In this document: piece by piece, positions 38,329 through 50,397 of the stretch | Layout: each line of letters opens with the position of its first letter | Numbering within the stretch: position 1 is the stretch's first letter | Assembly (NCBI GenBank): GCA_010093815.1 | Contig: ML996580.1 | Direction: 5' to 3' (one strand) | Origin: Pseudovirgaria hyperparasitica | Taxonomy: Eukaryota | Length of the DNA: 64,000 nt | Made by a program: the position numbers and the translations under genes | The notes under the pieces: model-generated | What the model saw: only the letters and a program-made list of their open reading frames with translations | What the model was told of the DNA's origin: nothing | Databases searched by the model: none

Positions 38329-41290
38329 TTATCTCAGTAGGCCTTGCAACCGCTTATCCTCTGCAAGCAGTCGATTGATCTCATCAGCTATCGCGATACT
38401 ATCGCCTTCGATAGCCTCCCTTAGCATTATCGCTGTGTTCCTTAGTTCCGCTCGAACATCCGCAAATTCTCCTCCGTGGTCTTCCAGTCGAATCCAACAT
38501 ACACACAGTCCTTTTAAGATACCCCCTCGATGAAAAGCCAAACGAGGCTTGCTGTTCCTCATGATCACTTGTAACGCTAGAGAAGCTCTGACAAGCAACG
38601 GCGGGTACGCATAACCAAATGGGTCTGATAGAATGGTACCAAGCATGGGAATGAGATCCTTGAGATGCTTGACTGAGTAAATCCCCTGTGCATCAAGTAA
38701 CGGACAGAGCTCTGTCAGAAGAAGCTCAGCAATTTGCACATTTTCACCCGCGTGATAGTATGGTGCCAGAATTCCTTTTCGAATGATGGCATCAATAAAT
38801 TTTTCTCGTTTAACGCAAACGACTGACCTGGGAGACTGTACATTCGAACTGGGATATTGAATATTTGCAAGGGTAATCAGGGTTGGGAAAGTTGCTTTCA
38901 GCAATTCAATGCTTTCGTTTTCAGGGGTGAGTGATGGGAGGTATGTGAACAGAGGGAAAAGCTCTTTCTCAAATATATCACCGAGGCCAGTTCGAGATAG
39001 TAGTTCTGGGGTTGTACGTTGTAACAATATCTTCAGAAGAGTGACGCCTTTTGCCTTCCAGCTAACATCAAGGTCATCGAGTAAAGTCATGACTGGGGGC
39101 AGGAGCAGAGGCCAATTATTCTCGACACGCTTTGCATCAAGGATTGTTATTGACCAGCGGAGCAAATCGATGACGTAGCTAGCGTCCTTCTTCCATGCTT
39201 TAGCTTTGTCTGTATGTATGATGCCGCTCATCGAGATTTTGGCGCTTGGTAGATCACGTGTGTTTTTATGCCCGGTCGCCGTTACGGGTGCGTGTTGTCT
39301 CTGTTCCTTTGATTGAGCAAAAATCGGGCGTAGGGTAGAGGAGAGAAAATGGTGGGCGAGGCGGAAGGGAAGCTCACTTTGTGACGTTGTAGTAAGACTT
39401 GCAGCAACGCGTACTTTGAGTTCCGGTTTTAATGCTTCAATGGCCAGGGAAGGATCTGTGAGATCTGGATGCAGAAGTTGCCATGCCATAACTACTTCCA
39501 GCGCCTCTTTCATCCAAGGTCCGGGTTTTGCAGAAAGCGCTTTGGCAATTGCGTTTCCATCTATGAGAGGTTTGAATGTGTATGCTTCAATGATGCCGAG
39601 ATCTGAGATATGTGCGAGAAATTCTGCGTAGGAGGATACAATCACTGATACACGTGAGTGAGCAGGACAAAAATACACTACTGTTGAAGCACTTACAGTC
39701 TTCTGAATCTGGTGCATTGACTATCTCATGCATCAGTGCATAGAGGGTCTGTTGTCTCCAGCTTGAACCCCATTGACGTATAGCCATCCCAAGAGTATCA
39801 CGTCCAGTAGCATCACCGTCTTCTGCATTCTTCTTCGACAATTTCTTCTGTCTGCAAAACTGGTCCTTGACATTCTTAATGTCTCCAAAATTGCGCGCAG
39901 CTGCAGCGACAATATCGCTATATCGATTTGGTGCTTTGACGCCTTCTCGCGCCATTACTGCTGCAAGTTGTTGGGGTTTACCCTTGCCGGTAGTGATAAC
40001 TGGGGCGTCTGCGTAAGGTACCAGGGAACTGAGAACCCAAGCCAAGTACCTGTCCTCAACGTTCCGAATGAGTATTGGTAGCACTGTTGCCAAGGAGGCA
40101 GAATCGGTCCTGTCTGCTCGGAGTAGCTTCGATACGAAGCGGTACGCAAGGGGGAGACGCGCAACCTCAGGCAAAAAGTCATGCTTCTGTGTAGGGTCAT
40201 CAAAGACTGTATTGTAAAGACCAAGTTTATCGATCAAGGAGAGAGCTTCGCAGGGGTCTGGCCCCTTCAGCATTTTCTCGAACTCTATACCAACACGCTC
40301 ACGGGTGATCTTGACTTTGAAGTCTGTCTTGATCTCGTCATTACGCATGGCCGCCTGTGCGTCCTCGTCGATGGTGTACCCCAGCCTACTGGCAAATCTA
40401 ATCAATCTCAGGACACGGAGCGGATCATCCTTGAACGTCTGGTATGGATCTAGTGGAGTCCTGATGATTTTGAGTTGCATATCTTTGAGCCCTCGTCCGG
40501 TAAAGTCCTCGATGGTGGATGTCTCGAGGTTGTAGAACATCGCATTTACTGTAGCGTCGCGACGGAGAGCATCTTCTTCAGGCGTACCAAATTCTATTTG
40601 AGGGTTCCGACTGTCGTTGGTGTACGTCTCCTTCCGAAGGTTAACCAGGTCAATCTCCAGGCCAAAAACTTTTGTAGTTATGGTTTCAAGATGCTTCGAT
40701 CTCTCAGGATTAGCTTCTATCTTGTGAAGTCCTACTTTGCCGACGTTCTCGTATTTGCTAGCATTACCAGGAATCTGTAGATACTCCTGCATTTTCAGAC
40801 CAAACTGCTCGCCTGTCATCTTGTTGATGGCGATATCGATATCTTTGCTACCTACACCGAGCAGTTTGTCGCGAACCCAGCCTCCTGTCCAACGAAGCTC
40901 AAGCTTTGCTTTCGCAAGCTCTTCAGGGAGCTTCACCGTCGAAGACGCAGCATCTCCTGGAGATGATTGATCAATATATGCTGCAGTATCTAAGAGGAGC
41001 TGTCGCAATGCAGACTCGAGCTCGGTCAATTCAATAGTCGGTGGCTTAGTTGCACCGTTCGACGACATCTTCGGCACGTCAGCCGTAACTGTCTCAGGTA
41101 GTTCGATTCTCCTTCGTTTTAATCCACGTTCGGTTTCTGAGACTGGCGAAGTCTTCGACTTTTCAGGCATCCGATATACGTTCGCTGCAACATGAAACCA
41201 CAAACGTCGTAGCTGAATGGCAGTTCGCGATCTAGGGCGAAAAGTGCGCGAAGAAAGGAGAAATGGGCGAGCGACCTGGTGTAGAGTCAT
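38329..41290 (-). CDS. CCA1: CCA tRNA nucleotidyltransferase fused in frame to a C-terminal Tti2-like domain (~969 aa)
   Basis: GGWVRDKLLG..DIDIA, DLVNLRKETY, EEDALRRDATVN, DDPLRVLRLIRFASR, ERVGIEFEKML; one intron 39696-39645; CCA tail KPGPWMKEALEVVMAWQL, then with no stop WPLLLPPVMTLLDD..WKAKG..LLSRTGLGDIF..YLPSLTPENES..KHLKDLIPML. Confidence 0.88.
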
Positions 41291-41764
41291 GCATAGACCT
41301 GACTCTTAGTACGTATGGTACGTAGAGGGCTAGTCTGGTCTCTTGTAACGGCTGATAGTCACTCTATTCGCCTATGAGTCGAGCGATACGGTTTCAGTAT
41401 AAGAGGAAGACTCTAGGTTGATAAGAGTTAAGAAAAGAAGACACGATAGATAGATATATGATACATGATAGATCAAAAGTAGGCGAGTAGGTAGAAGCTG
41501 GCGCCACAATGTGGCGTCGGTTTTAGCAAAACGGAAAAGGAACAGTGCCAGCCCGGTCTACGCCATACCGCGTGGCATCTCCGTTAGCATTATACGACAA
41601 TGCAGTGTGAACGAAACCCGCGACCTTATTAGTATCTGTACCCTTTCCCCATGCAAGAGCAATCCCACGATTGACTTACAGAGCAATATCACCTTGCGAC
41701 CCATGCTACGTACATCTGCGCTGCTCTATCGACCTTTTCCCAGCCGAGCGAGGCGGAGGCTTCC

Positions 41765-44243
41765 ATGACGCCTTCACAAGATGCCACACCAATACCACTC
41801 CCGATCACCGCTCCTGCGCTGTCCGGTATAGATGAGTCCATAAAACTCCCAAGGAGACGGGCTCAATCGCCTGGTGCGTCTCTAGCGTCTCTTCCAGATC
41901 GTCGCTCCAGCCCTTCTCTGTCCTCCTTGTTCGCATCCACCTCGTCTCTCGCCGGTAGTAGGCCAGGTTCAGGCACATCAACTCCTACTGCCTCGACGAT
42001 CCCAAGTTCAGTCTTCTCCCCAGTGTCACGATCAAACGGGGCTCCCTTCCCCGGTCCAGGATTCGAAGGAACAGAAGAGCTACGGAACCTAATATCCAGA
42101 TCGTTTGCGCCGCATGTGGGAGTGCTGGCGTCTGAAGACACAGAAGAGCTGGTGCAGCAGAAAGGATTTCAGGGTGGATTACTAGATCTTATAAGACCAT
42201 TTGGCGAGCATATAACAGGAAAGCTGGCCATACGAGACAGCAATGGCTCCAGTAAAGTCGTCGACGATTTCGGGATACGTTTCATGGGTCTCAAAGATGG
42301 CCTCGGCTACCCGTCGTTCCCTAGAAAGAGCGCGGAGGGGGTGTATGATTCAACAAATCGGGAGCTGAACTCAGGAAAACCGTCAGACCGATGGTCGCGG
42401 ACAGGTGGTGACATATCGCATATTGAAGAAGCTGTAGGCCGACATATTGCATATGCCGAAATGCAAAATACAGGGTCGATCTCAGACTATTTCAATAGCA
42501 GGAACATTTCATCTGCCGGTTGGGAGGCGTCGCCGTTCTACGCTCTTTATCTAAGGCGGTTGTTGTCGGGTCTTCCATTGGTACCCCACGAAACGTTCTC
42601 GCATCCTGTGGCCTGTGTTATAGCCATAAGTTCTCATAGCACATCACCCATAGAGGAACTCCGACGCCTATACACCAGCACGAACATTAGTGATTCTAGG
42701 CTTCCACAATGGGTGAACAACGAATTCTTACGATACTACGTTTTATTGCATGATGAAGACAATGACGATATCAAGCAGTCAATGGGCCTCTATGAGCAAA
42801 TGAAACGTAACTTTGGGCTTCATTGCCATTTATTACGGATACGTAGCGCACAGGCTGTTCCTTCAGATGATGAAAGTGTGAGAATACCGTTATGTGAGTG
42901 GATGTCTGCCTCTGAGGAATTGGCAGAAATCGAAAAGCGAGGTAAGACCATTATTATCTATGGTCGTGTTCAATAAAACTGATGGCTCCTTAGAAGCTGC
43001 AGACGATGACGTTGATCCAACGCCATGCATTTTCGAGTCTGATGCCACAGCCATCAGGAGTTTCGTCCGTGAGCTTGTAGCGTCTTCCATCGTACCATTG
43101 ATGGAGCGGATGTGCGCCCAATGGAATGAACAAATTCTTTCGCGCCGCAAAGGTTTAAGCGGCCGATTCATGTCCCTCTCAAAACGGTGGACTCCTTTTG
43201 GAGCTTCGTCGCGCAACAGCTCCGGTCCTATGTCTGGCGGGTCCAGCAATTACGACTCCTTGCAGGGCTTTTACAAACCCGACACACCCGAAGCGTTGAT
43301 GCGCAAGCTCGCTGACTATGCGTTCATGCTACGCGACTACAAACTGGCCCAATCTACCTACGACGTACTGCGTTCTGATTTCAATAGTGATAAAGCGTGG
43401 ACATACTATGCAGGTGCTAGCGAAATGGTTGCCATTGCAGCGCTGATGACCCCGAATAATATGTCCTCAAAAGCCCGCATTGAGAACATTGACCAATTCC
43501 TGGAGGCTTCGTCATACTCCTACGTCACCCGCTCCGCAGCTCCGTATTACGCACTGCGAACACTCGCCCTAGGCCTGGAACTTCTTCGGCTACGCGGGAG
43601 TTCAGCCGCGGACGATGCCGCACGCTGGGCGTCTCGAATACTAGAATCGAGGCTGGTGGGTCCCATTGGACATGCGCTCTTCACGGAGCGCGTCTCAGCA
43701 TCATATGGTTGTCGTCGCGGTGTTGGGAACCTTAACTCTGGAAGCCGCACAAGAAAGTCGGCATTGTGGGCTTTACTTGCTACCTCAGAGTGGATCGCAC
43801 TCGAGAAAACGGACTTGGCCGAGAAAGCACTGCACCGTGCGTGTGCCCTGTACGGTGTCTTGCCCGGTGCATTTGAGGACACGCCTGTTGATATAAAGGA
43901 GGCTGAAGATGGCGTAGACAAGCTTGGCCTGCCGATGAGAGCATATCCTCTCGCATTCGGGGAGATGAAGGCCCATATTGATAGCCTAAGAGAGGCCTTA
44001 AGCGAGCAGAGGAGGATGGCTGACGGATATGATGACATGGCCGAAACGCTCATGCCAGCTGATGACGAAGAATTGGAGGTTGAAGATGTAATTAGCGAGA
44101 GTCTGACCGTGAACGCGCGGCCGAACCGCAAGAGCTTGATTGGCGCTCAAATGCCCTTTGGTGTAGATGTGGCACCATTGAGTCCCGTGCGGACAAGAGA
44201 CGAAGGCGAAGAAGGGTTTACGGAGAGTGATAAGATCTTGTGA
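41765..44243 (+). CDS. TRS85: TRAPP III subunit Trs85 (TRAPPC8)
   Basis: HETFSHPVACVIAISS, FLRYYVLLHDE, MKRNFGLHCHLLRIRS; intron 42942-42993; PEALMRKLADYAFMLRDYKLA..DFNSDKAW. Confidence 0.92.
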
Positions 44244-44329
44244 GCGGGCTAGGTGTGGTTCAGCTTCAGATGTGTGTAAGTATACCCTTATTTCAGTACT
44301 CATTGACACTGGCATCTACATCAAATAGA

Positions 44330-46111
44330 TTACAACCATGCTAGCGCTACTGCATCCCACATAAATCCTCTCCATCTCGTGCTTCTTTCCACTCGAAACT
44401 CCAACCTGTTCCATCCTGCCTTCAGACTTCCCGAAGGTAGCTCGAACTCAAATTGCCGCCATTGTCCAGCCGTAGTCGCACTCCTATACAAGCCCGGATC
44501 ATTCTGCAATCCCTTGTTATAGTCCGTCGTACTACCGCCACCCGACGTCAAATTGCCCACCTTTGCGTCATTCACGAATATTGTCGAACTCGTACCTGTC
44601 GAATATCCTGCCAAGCTCACGGTCAAAAGTGCCGTCGAGTTCGCTCTCCGCACGGATTCGCGCCAAGACATTTCAAAGTTGACGGCCCAAGACCCATTGG
44701 CTGTTTGTGCGAAGCACCAGTCTTCGGTCCTACTCCTTCCAACTGTGTAGTTGAGATTGTCCGGGCAGAGGTCTGATGAGCCGTGCGTGTAAGGGGCGCC
44801 GCCGTGCGCGAAGCCGATCGTCTTACGATCAAACGATCCGACACGGAAAATCTCGCTTCTTTCTTTGTAGCGTGGTTTCCAGACTATACGACCAAGGTCC
44901 GTGTAGCGAGATGAGACAACGGAGACATCGTTCTGTAGGTAAAACCCGGGCACGTTAAAGTGCCGGCCCCCGGTGGACCAGGCTCGGAGGCCATACGTGC
45001 CGGCTCGGACATCGCGGAAAGAGAAGCGCCCACGCTCGTCTGCGTAGGTGGTGTAGTAGTTTTTCGAGCCCATCTCTAAACTCGATTTGTTCGAGTTGTT
45101 GTCACCAAGAAAGATGGCTGCATTACTTGCAGGAGAACCGTCGTCGAGCTTCAGAACGCCAGACACTGCGCCTCGGGACTGGTACACTGCGTCGTCGAAC
45201 CATTTATATGGCCACGCCGCGTATTCTCTTGCCGCGCGCGCGGCTGCATCTCTTTTGTTGCCGTCGTTGAGATACCACAACCACGGACCCCACGTCTTTC
45301 CCACAGCGAATGTGTCACTAGGAGAGGACTGAAAATGTGTCCCGTGCAGCATATTCAGTTGAACCGCATCGCCTGTTGAGGACTCACGGTGTACCATGAG
45401 CTCCTGCTTCAGGTGGTCACCATTGTATTCGTCTTTACCGGGATAGATGTACCAGCTCCCGAAGTCAGGGCCATACACGCCGTAGAACTTCTCTTCGCGG
45501 ATGAAGCTGCTCCAGTCGTATTTGGTGATATACGACCCATCAGCGCGCTGCCACGTCTCATCTTGGATCTTGGTCGAGATGCCATAATCTGATAGCGGCG
45601 GGAGTGCTTCATCTTTGATACTCGTGTGTCCGTTCGGGAAGGAAGTGTTGTCGAGGCGCCAGAGACTGCGGAATTCACCGAGAGTGGGCAGCGCACGGTT
45701 TACGAAGTATTGGTATGCGCCGACGAGATCTCTTCTTATTATCCAATGAAAGTCGCCTTCTATAGCAGTGAATGAGACATCAATGAAGTCATGTCCGCGG
45801 CGAACAATTGTAGGAGATGTCCAATTGAGATCGCTTGCGGCGCCATCTGGAAATACTGTCAATATATCTATAACTGGGTGGTTACTGGTGGGAGACAGAC
45901 TGTAGCTCACGTAGTGTCCAACAGCATTGCCGACTAGATCCTGGTTCTTATGGTACAACTTCGTCGCATATGCAAAACCTTGGGTGACGTTCCAGTGGTC
46001 ATTCCCAATCACCGAATGCGTCGCGTTCAAGATCTGAAGGAACGGACCTCTTGCATGTGCCAGCTCAGCAGCAGTAGCAAGAAGAGCCCAGACAGTAGAC
46101 TGCAGCCACAT
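44330..46111 (-). CDS. secreted rhamnogalacturonan lyase, polysaccharide lyase family 4
   Basis: Signal peptide; LGEFRSLWRL, YITKYDWS, GDHLKQELMVH, LNMLHGTHF, TWGPWLWYLN, FnIII-like VRAGTYGL and CBM-like C-terminus; in-frame 54-nt intron 45900-45847. Confidence 0.88.
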   Translation of the reverse strand: MWLQSTVWALLATAAELAHARGPFLQILNATHSVIGNDHWNVTQGFAYATKLYHKNQDLVGNAVGHYVSYSLSPTSNHPVIDILTVFPDGAASDLNWTSPTIVRRGHDFIDVSFTAIEGDFHWIIRRDLVGAYQYFVNRALPTLGEFRSLWRLDNTSFPNGHTSIKDEALPPLSDYGISTKIQDETWQRADGSYITKYDWSSFIREEKFYGVYGPDFGSWYIYPGKDEYNGDHLKQELMVHRESSTGDAVQLNMLHGTHFQSSPSDTFAVGKTWGPWLWYLNDGNKRDAAARAAREYAAWPYKWFDDAVYQSRGAVSGVLKLDDGSPASNAAIFLGDNNSNKSSLEMGSKNYYTTYADERGRFSFRDVRAGTYGLRAWSTGGRHFNVPGFYLQNDVSVVSSRYTDLGRIVWKPRYKERSEIFRVGSFDRKTIGFAHGGAPYTHGSSDLCPDNLNYTVGRSRTEDWCFAQTANGSWAVNFEMSWRESVRRANSTALLTVSLAGYSTGTSSTIFVNDAKVGNLTSGGGSTTDYNKGLQNDPGLYRSATTAGQWRQFEFELPSGSLKAGWNRLEFRVERSTRWRGFMWDAVALAWL

Positions 46112-47203
46112 GTTGTCTCAATTTGTTTGTCAAGCACCTTATCTAATTCGTTCAAAACCATCCCAGGACCGTGACGAAATATATATAGCATCACTAATTG
46201 CATCAACGTTGATGACATAAAGGTGCAGCATCGCTTAAAGCCAAGACAGTGGAGTGCATTAGACAGGGACTATCCCCGCAAACATACGAAGCAAATCCCG
46301 ACTTTCTGGGGAATGTACATCGTCGAGATGTTCACGCGATGATGATTGCGGAGTCTCGGGCAAGCACTGCGCGAGCTTTGGGAGAGCTTTGGGCGAGCCT
46401 CGTACGGCAGTGCCACAAGACTGGACGGAAGAACTGGATATAATAACATAAGACTAAATGGAGTACAGTGCAATTGGCCCGTTCTTGCGCGTTAGTCGAT
46501 TGACTGACTCGATGAGAAGAGGACGGAAGGGTCTTTCATGGCGCCACCAAAGAAGCCTCTGAGTCAAGGGCCTAATTACTACATCTCCGGTCTTCTCATG
46601 ACAAATTTTCTTAGGCGTGGCTAGCCATTCGAGTAAGTCGAGAGAAAAGCGGATGGAGTATTAGTACATTCCCCTGAAATGCAAGATTGGTGTTTGTGTA
46701 GACAGGAGAGAGAAACTCATTATAATGTTCCTGCTTCCTTGCCGCGGCAAGACATTCAGCGCATCTAAATAATGTTACAGGAACGTATGGTACAATCTAT
46801 GATCCTAGGCACCTGGATGATAATACATGCGCCCAGCTCGGATCCTAAATCCGCTTTCATGCAGAACCTCGGTTGGAGTATGGACCACGTTGGTCATGCT
46901 CACGAGCGAGGCTGCATCTACACGTACAGAGGTGAGTGGTATTGAAAACCAATTTATAATGTAGAACCAAGTCCTCCATGACAGTCGTAAAGTAGGGGAA
47001 AGTACAGGATCCTCTCCATAGACAGAGAAGTGTGCGCTGAACACGGCCTCCGTGGGTGTTGATTCTAACCTCGCATGTCGATGCGTCCTTTAAGCGGAAG
47101 GAACGCTAATACTCAGACAGCAATGTCCCTCAAAACCACTGTATGGGCGATTTGTGAACTTACATTACCCTACGCCCTCGAATTTTCACGAGGCAAACTT
47201 TAG

Positions 47204-49864
47204 CTATAAAGTAGTGGGTGTGATAGCTTCGGACTGTCCAATGTTTGTTCTTTGTCCTGAATACTCTCGGGGCTCCCGATCTTCTCGGTTCTCCTGCGAA
47301 TCGATACCCTCGTCTTTATGAGCATCTCGGACAAGATCTTTGTGGTCATTCTCTGAATCCTGGCTTTGCCATTCTTCTTGCCTTTCCATGACCTGATCGT
47401 GAGGACTAGCCCCAACAAGACCTGGAAATTCGTTCGAGAAGTCCCAGTCCTCGTCTGACTGGTCCTGGTCCAGCTGGCCATCTTCGAGCAAGCTCTGTAG
47501 GGCTTTCATCTTCCTCTCCTGCGCCTTCTTTCTGTTGAGAGGCCTCAGATTCGCAATTGCTACTTCCATTTGTGCTTCTACTAGCCCTTTAACATGGTTG
47601 GCTAAGTTTCGTGTAGTAAAAACGTTGCTGAATCTGAAGCTTAACCACAGGTAGGCGACAAGCTGCTTGTGCAGCTGTACGAGTTTTCTAAGTCTTGTAG
47701 AGGGCTCCTGGATAACTGCTGTTGTCTCTTCCAACTGACTCAGGTCGATCGCTTCTAAATCGAGTAAGCCGCCGCCTGACCTGGCTGCGATCGCTCGACC
47801 GAACGACTGCAAGACAAGTCTGTCGTTTTCGTCCTTTGGCGGAAGCGGCACTAAGCACATATTGTTTCTTTCCTCAAGAGTCAGACCTTCAACAGGTTCC
47901 AGGGCCTCGGCAATCGAAATTTCATCTTTAAGTGGACAGAGCATGAAGGTACTCGGTAGCCTTAGTGTATCGTAGAGCTTTTGCAGAAGATAAGAAAAAG
48001 GTGTTCCGTTTGGAAAGTACTGGCCAAAACGCTGCACCATGTCATTGGGCGGTCTTATTCCAGCTTTCGTCAAAGGTTCAGCTTCTGTCTGAAATGCGTG
48101 AGTCACCAATGGAAGATCAAGATCGTCCAACGTGGTTACACTCCCGCCCGTTGACACTGATGGAGCTGGAATTATGTCCACGACTGACTCCGATTCTTCC
48201 CGAACTTTACTGATCGTACCGGGTCTAAAGCCATCGTCAGGATCGATGACAGGATCCGTCGGAACATCTTCCGCCGTAGTGATAGCTTCCTGTGCAGTCT
48301 TGTATCTCCCTGCACGTCCACCTATCTGTTTGAGATCAGATATCTCTAATGGCTTCATTTGTTGCCCATTGAACTTGATCGTGGATTCGAATATAACACG
48401 CTTGATACTCCTAGAGCCCATCAATTAGAGATTACCAATCAATTGGCAAGCTAAATGCATATACTCACAGATTCAGTCCCATTCCGATAGCATCGCTAGC
48501 AACCAGGTAATCATAATCGTTGTTGGGGTCGTTGAATAGACGTGCCTGCTGGGCTCTGATTTCAGGTGGGAGACTGCCATACACCATGGCCACGTTCTTT
48601 TTTGTAGCCTTTTCAATCTCTCTCTTCATACGTTGAATTGCCACGACAGAAAACGAGATGACGGCATCGCCCTTTTGTAGCTTTTTGAGGCTGCCGCCGA
48701 GACTCTTTGTTTCCACTGCTAGAGGACTCAGACGGGCATACTCATGGACTACTACTCTGTCACCAACCAAAGCGGCCAGCTCTTTGATTAACGGAACCGT
48801 TCGCACCTCACCACAAACGTGTAGCTCCTCGGTGTTTAAGCCTAGAAACGCCTGAGTCCACGCCCACCCTCGGTCTGGATCGCCCAGCATCTGTATCTCG
48901 TCTAGAACCGCGACAGGTACTCTCAAGCCGGCCGGAACCATTTCTACGGTGCAGCTGATCAATGGCGTATCTGGGTTCTGGGTCGTAAAGCCCGAACGAG
49001 TAATTTCCTCCATTTCTTGAGGGGTGGGAAAGCGCCGCTCCTCTCCGGTCAATAAGCAAGCCGGGAGGCCCTTTGCTTTCAGTCTCGTGAAAACTTCGTG
49101 AGCGAGTAGCCGTAGCGGCCCAGCATATATGCCGGCGCCGGCCTCTTCGAGCCTCTTGAGTGCATTATAAGTCTTCCCAGAATTTGTTGGTCCAACGTGA
49201 ACGTGTATGGTGCGTTGTATTGATCGAGCTTCGACATAAAACTCTGACGCAAACCGGAGATCTGTTACATCCTGCTGCTGTTGAATGTCTTTTTTGGAGA
49301 ATTTGTCGGCCAGAAGCCAGTCGAAGAAGGCATACTTGAGTCGATCCTTGACACCGTCCGTCCCTCTCTGCATCATAGCAGACCGCAAGTCAGCAAGTAA
49401 TCCATACCGACTGCTACTCTGTATCCCAGTCGTTTTGCTGTCCGCTTTGAATCGGTCTCTACAGAATGTTTCAAACAGAGCTTTGCTTCGTGACTTATCA
49501 ACTCCAAGAGTTCTCAATGCTTTTGAACGAACCAAGTCATGCTGTACAGCGACTACGCAGTCGGATATGGTCTTCTTCATGAGTGTGGGACTACCATTCC
49601 TATTCGACGGTGACCAATTGGGCCCATGGTGCTAGTACTGTAAGCGTTGAGCAAGTCATGATGACGAAGAGAGCTCACCGATGACTGTGGACCATTCTGT
49701 AAACGAAATTTTCGAGACGACTTCGATTTCGATGTAGATGAGCGCCAGGCGCGCTGGATAAGTCCGCCATTATGTCGTAGGAACTGCGAGTTTTGAGGAG
49801 GCGCAAGAAAGGCTGCTGTCATGCAAAAGATACATATGCGCGAAGGTGTGTTACTTGAAACCAT
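47204..49864 (-). CDS. SUV3: mitochondrial ATP-dependent RNA helicase Suv3
   Basis: HVGPTNSGKT, GPLRLLAHE, CTVEM, DEIQM..RGWAWT, YGSLPPE, ASDAIGMGLNL, QIGGRAGR; Arg/Ser-rich N-terminus; two introns. Confidence 0.94.
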
Positions 49865-50004
49865 ACCAACTTTGACATAGGCGAGGTCAAGTCCGAATAT
49901 TAATTACGGGCTGCGGCAATGTGAGGGCGTGGATGAGGAGGGTAGTATGGGTTCGACGTGAAGTTTTTAGAATTGATAGCTCCGGAAGTGTTCCGTCAGT
50001 CTAC

Positions 50005-50397
50005 TAACTAGTGCGAATCCTTAGTGTGATTGTTACTACCTGGACGGAGGTAAATATTAACCGTTTTATTGTATTCTATGTGATAGTTCTACTAAATTAT
50101 AAGATTAAGCTATATACCTTTTAGAGAAAGAGAATAGTAAGTAGTATGCCATCAATCGAGAGCATAAGTCCAGTTAGTTCTTCTAATCAGGGAGAAAGTT
50201 CCTCTTTCATTTCTCTCTTCGTCGGTCAATATATGAATTAGGACAGGACCTGGACAATTTCATTTCTTTCTATATAGTTCTATAGAGACATAGAGTTATA
50301 TGCCTAGGCTATAGCTATATAAGTCGTCGATATGATTCCGTAGGGCGAGTTGCGAGGTTGGAAATGACTTAAAGATGCCAAGCATTCGCACCCATTA
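50005..50397. mobile_element. possible RIP-degraded MITE / DNA-transposon relic in the SUV3-SEC1 divergent intergenic region
   Basis: TpA-rich ~390-bp patch bounded by a degenerate inverted repeat: TAACTAGTGCGAATCCTTAGTGT on the left versus TAATGGGTGCGAATGCTTGGCAT (reverse complement) on the right. Confidence 0.35.
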
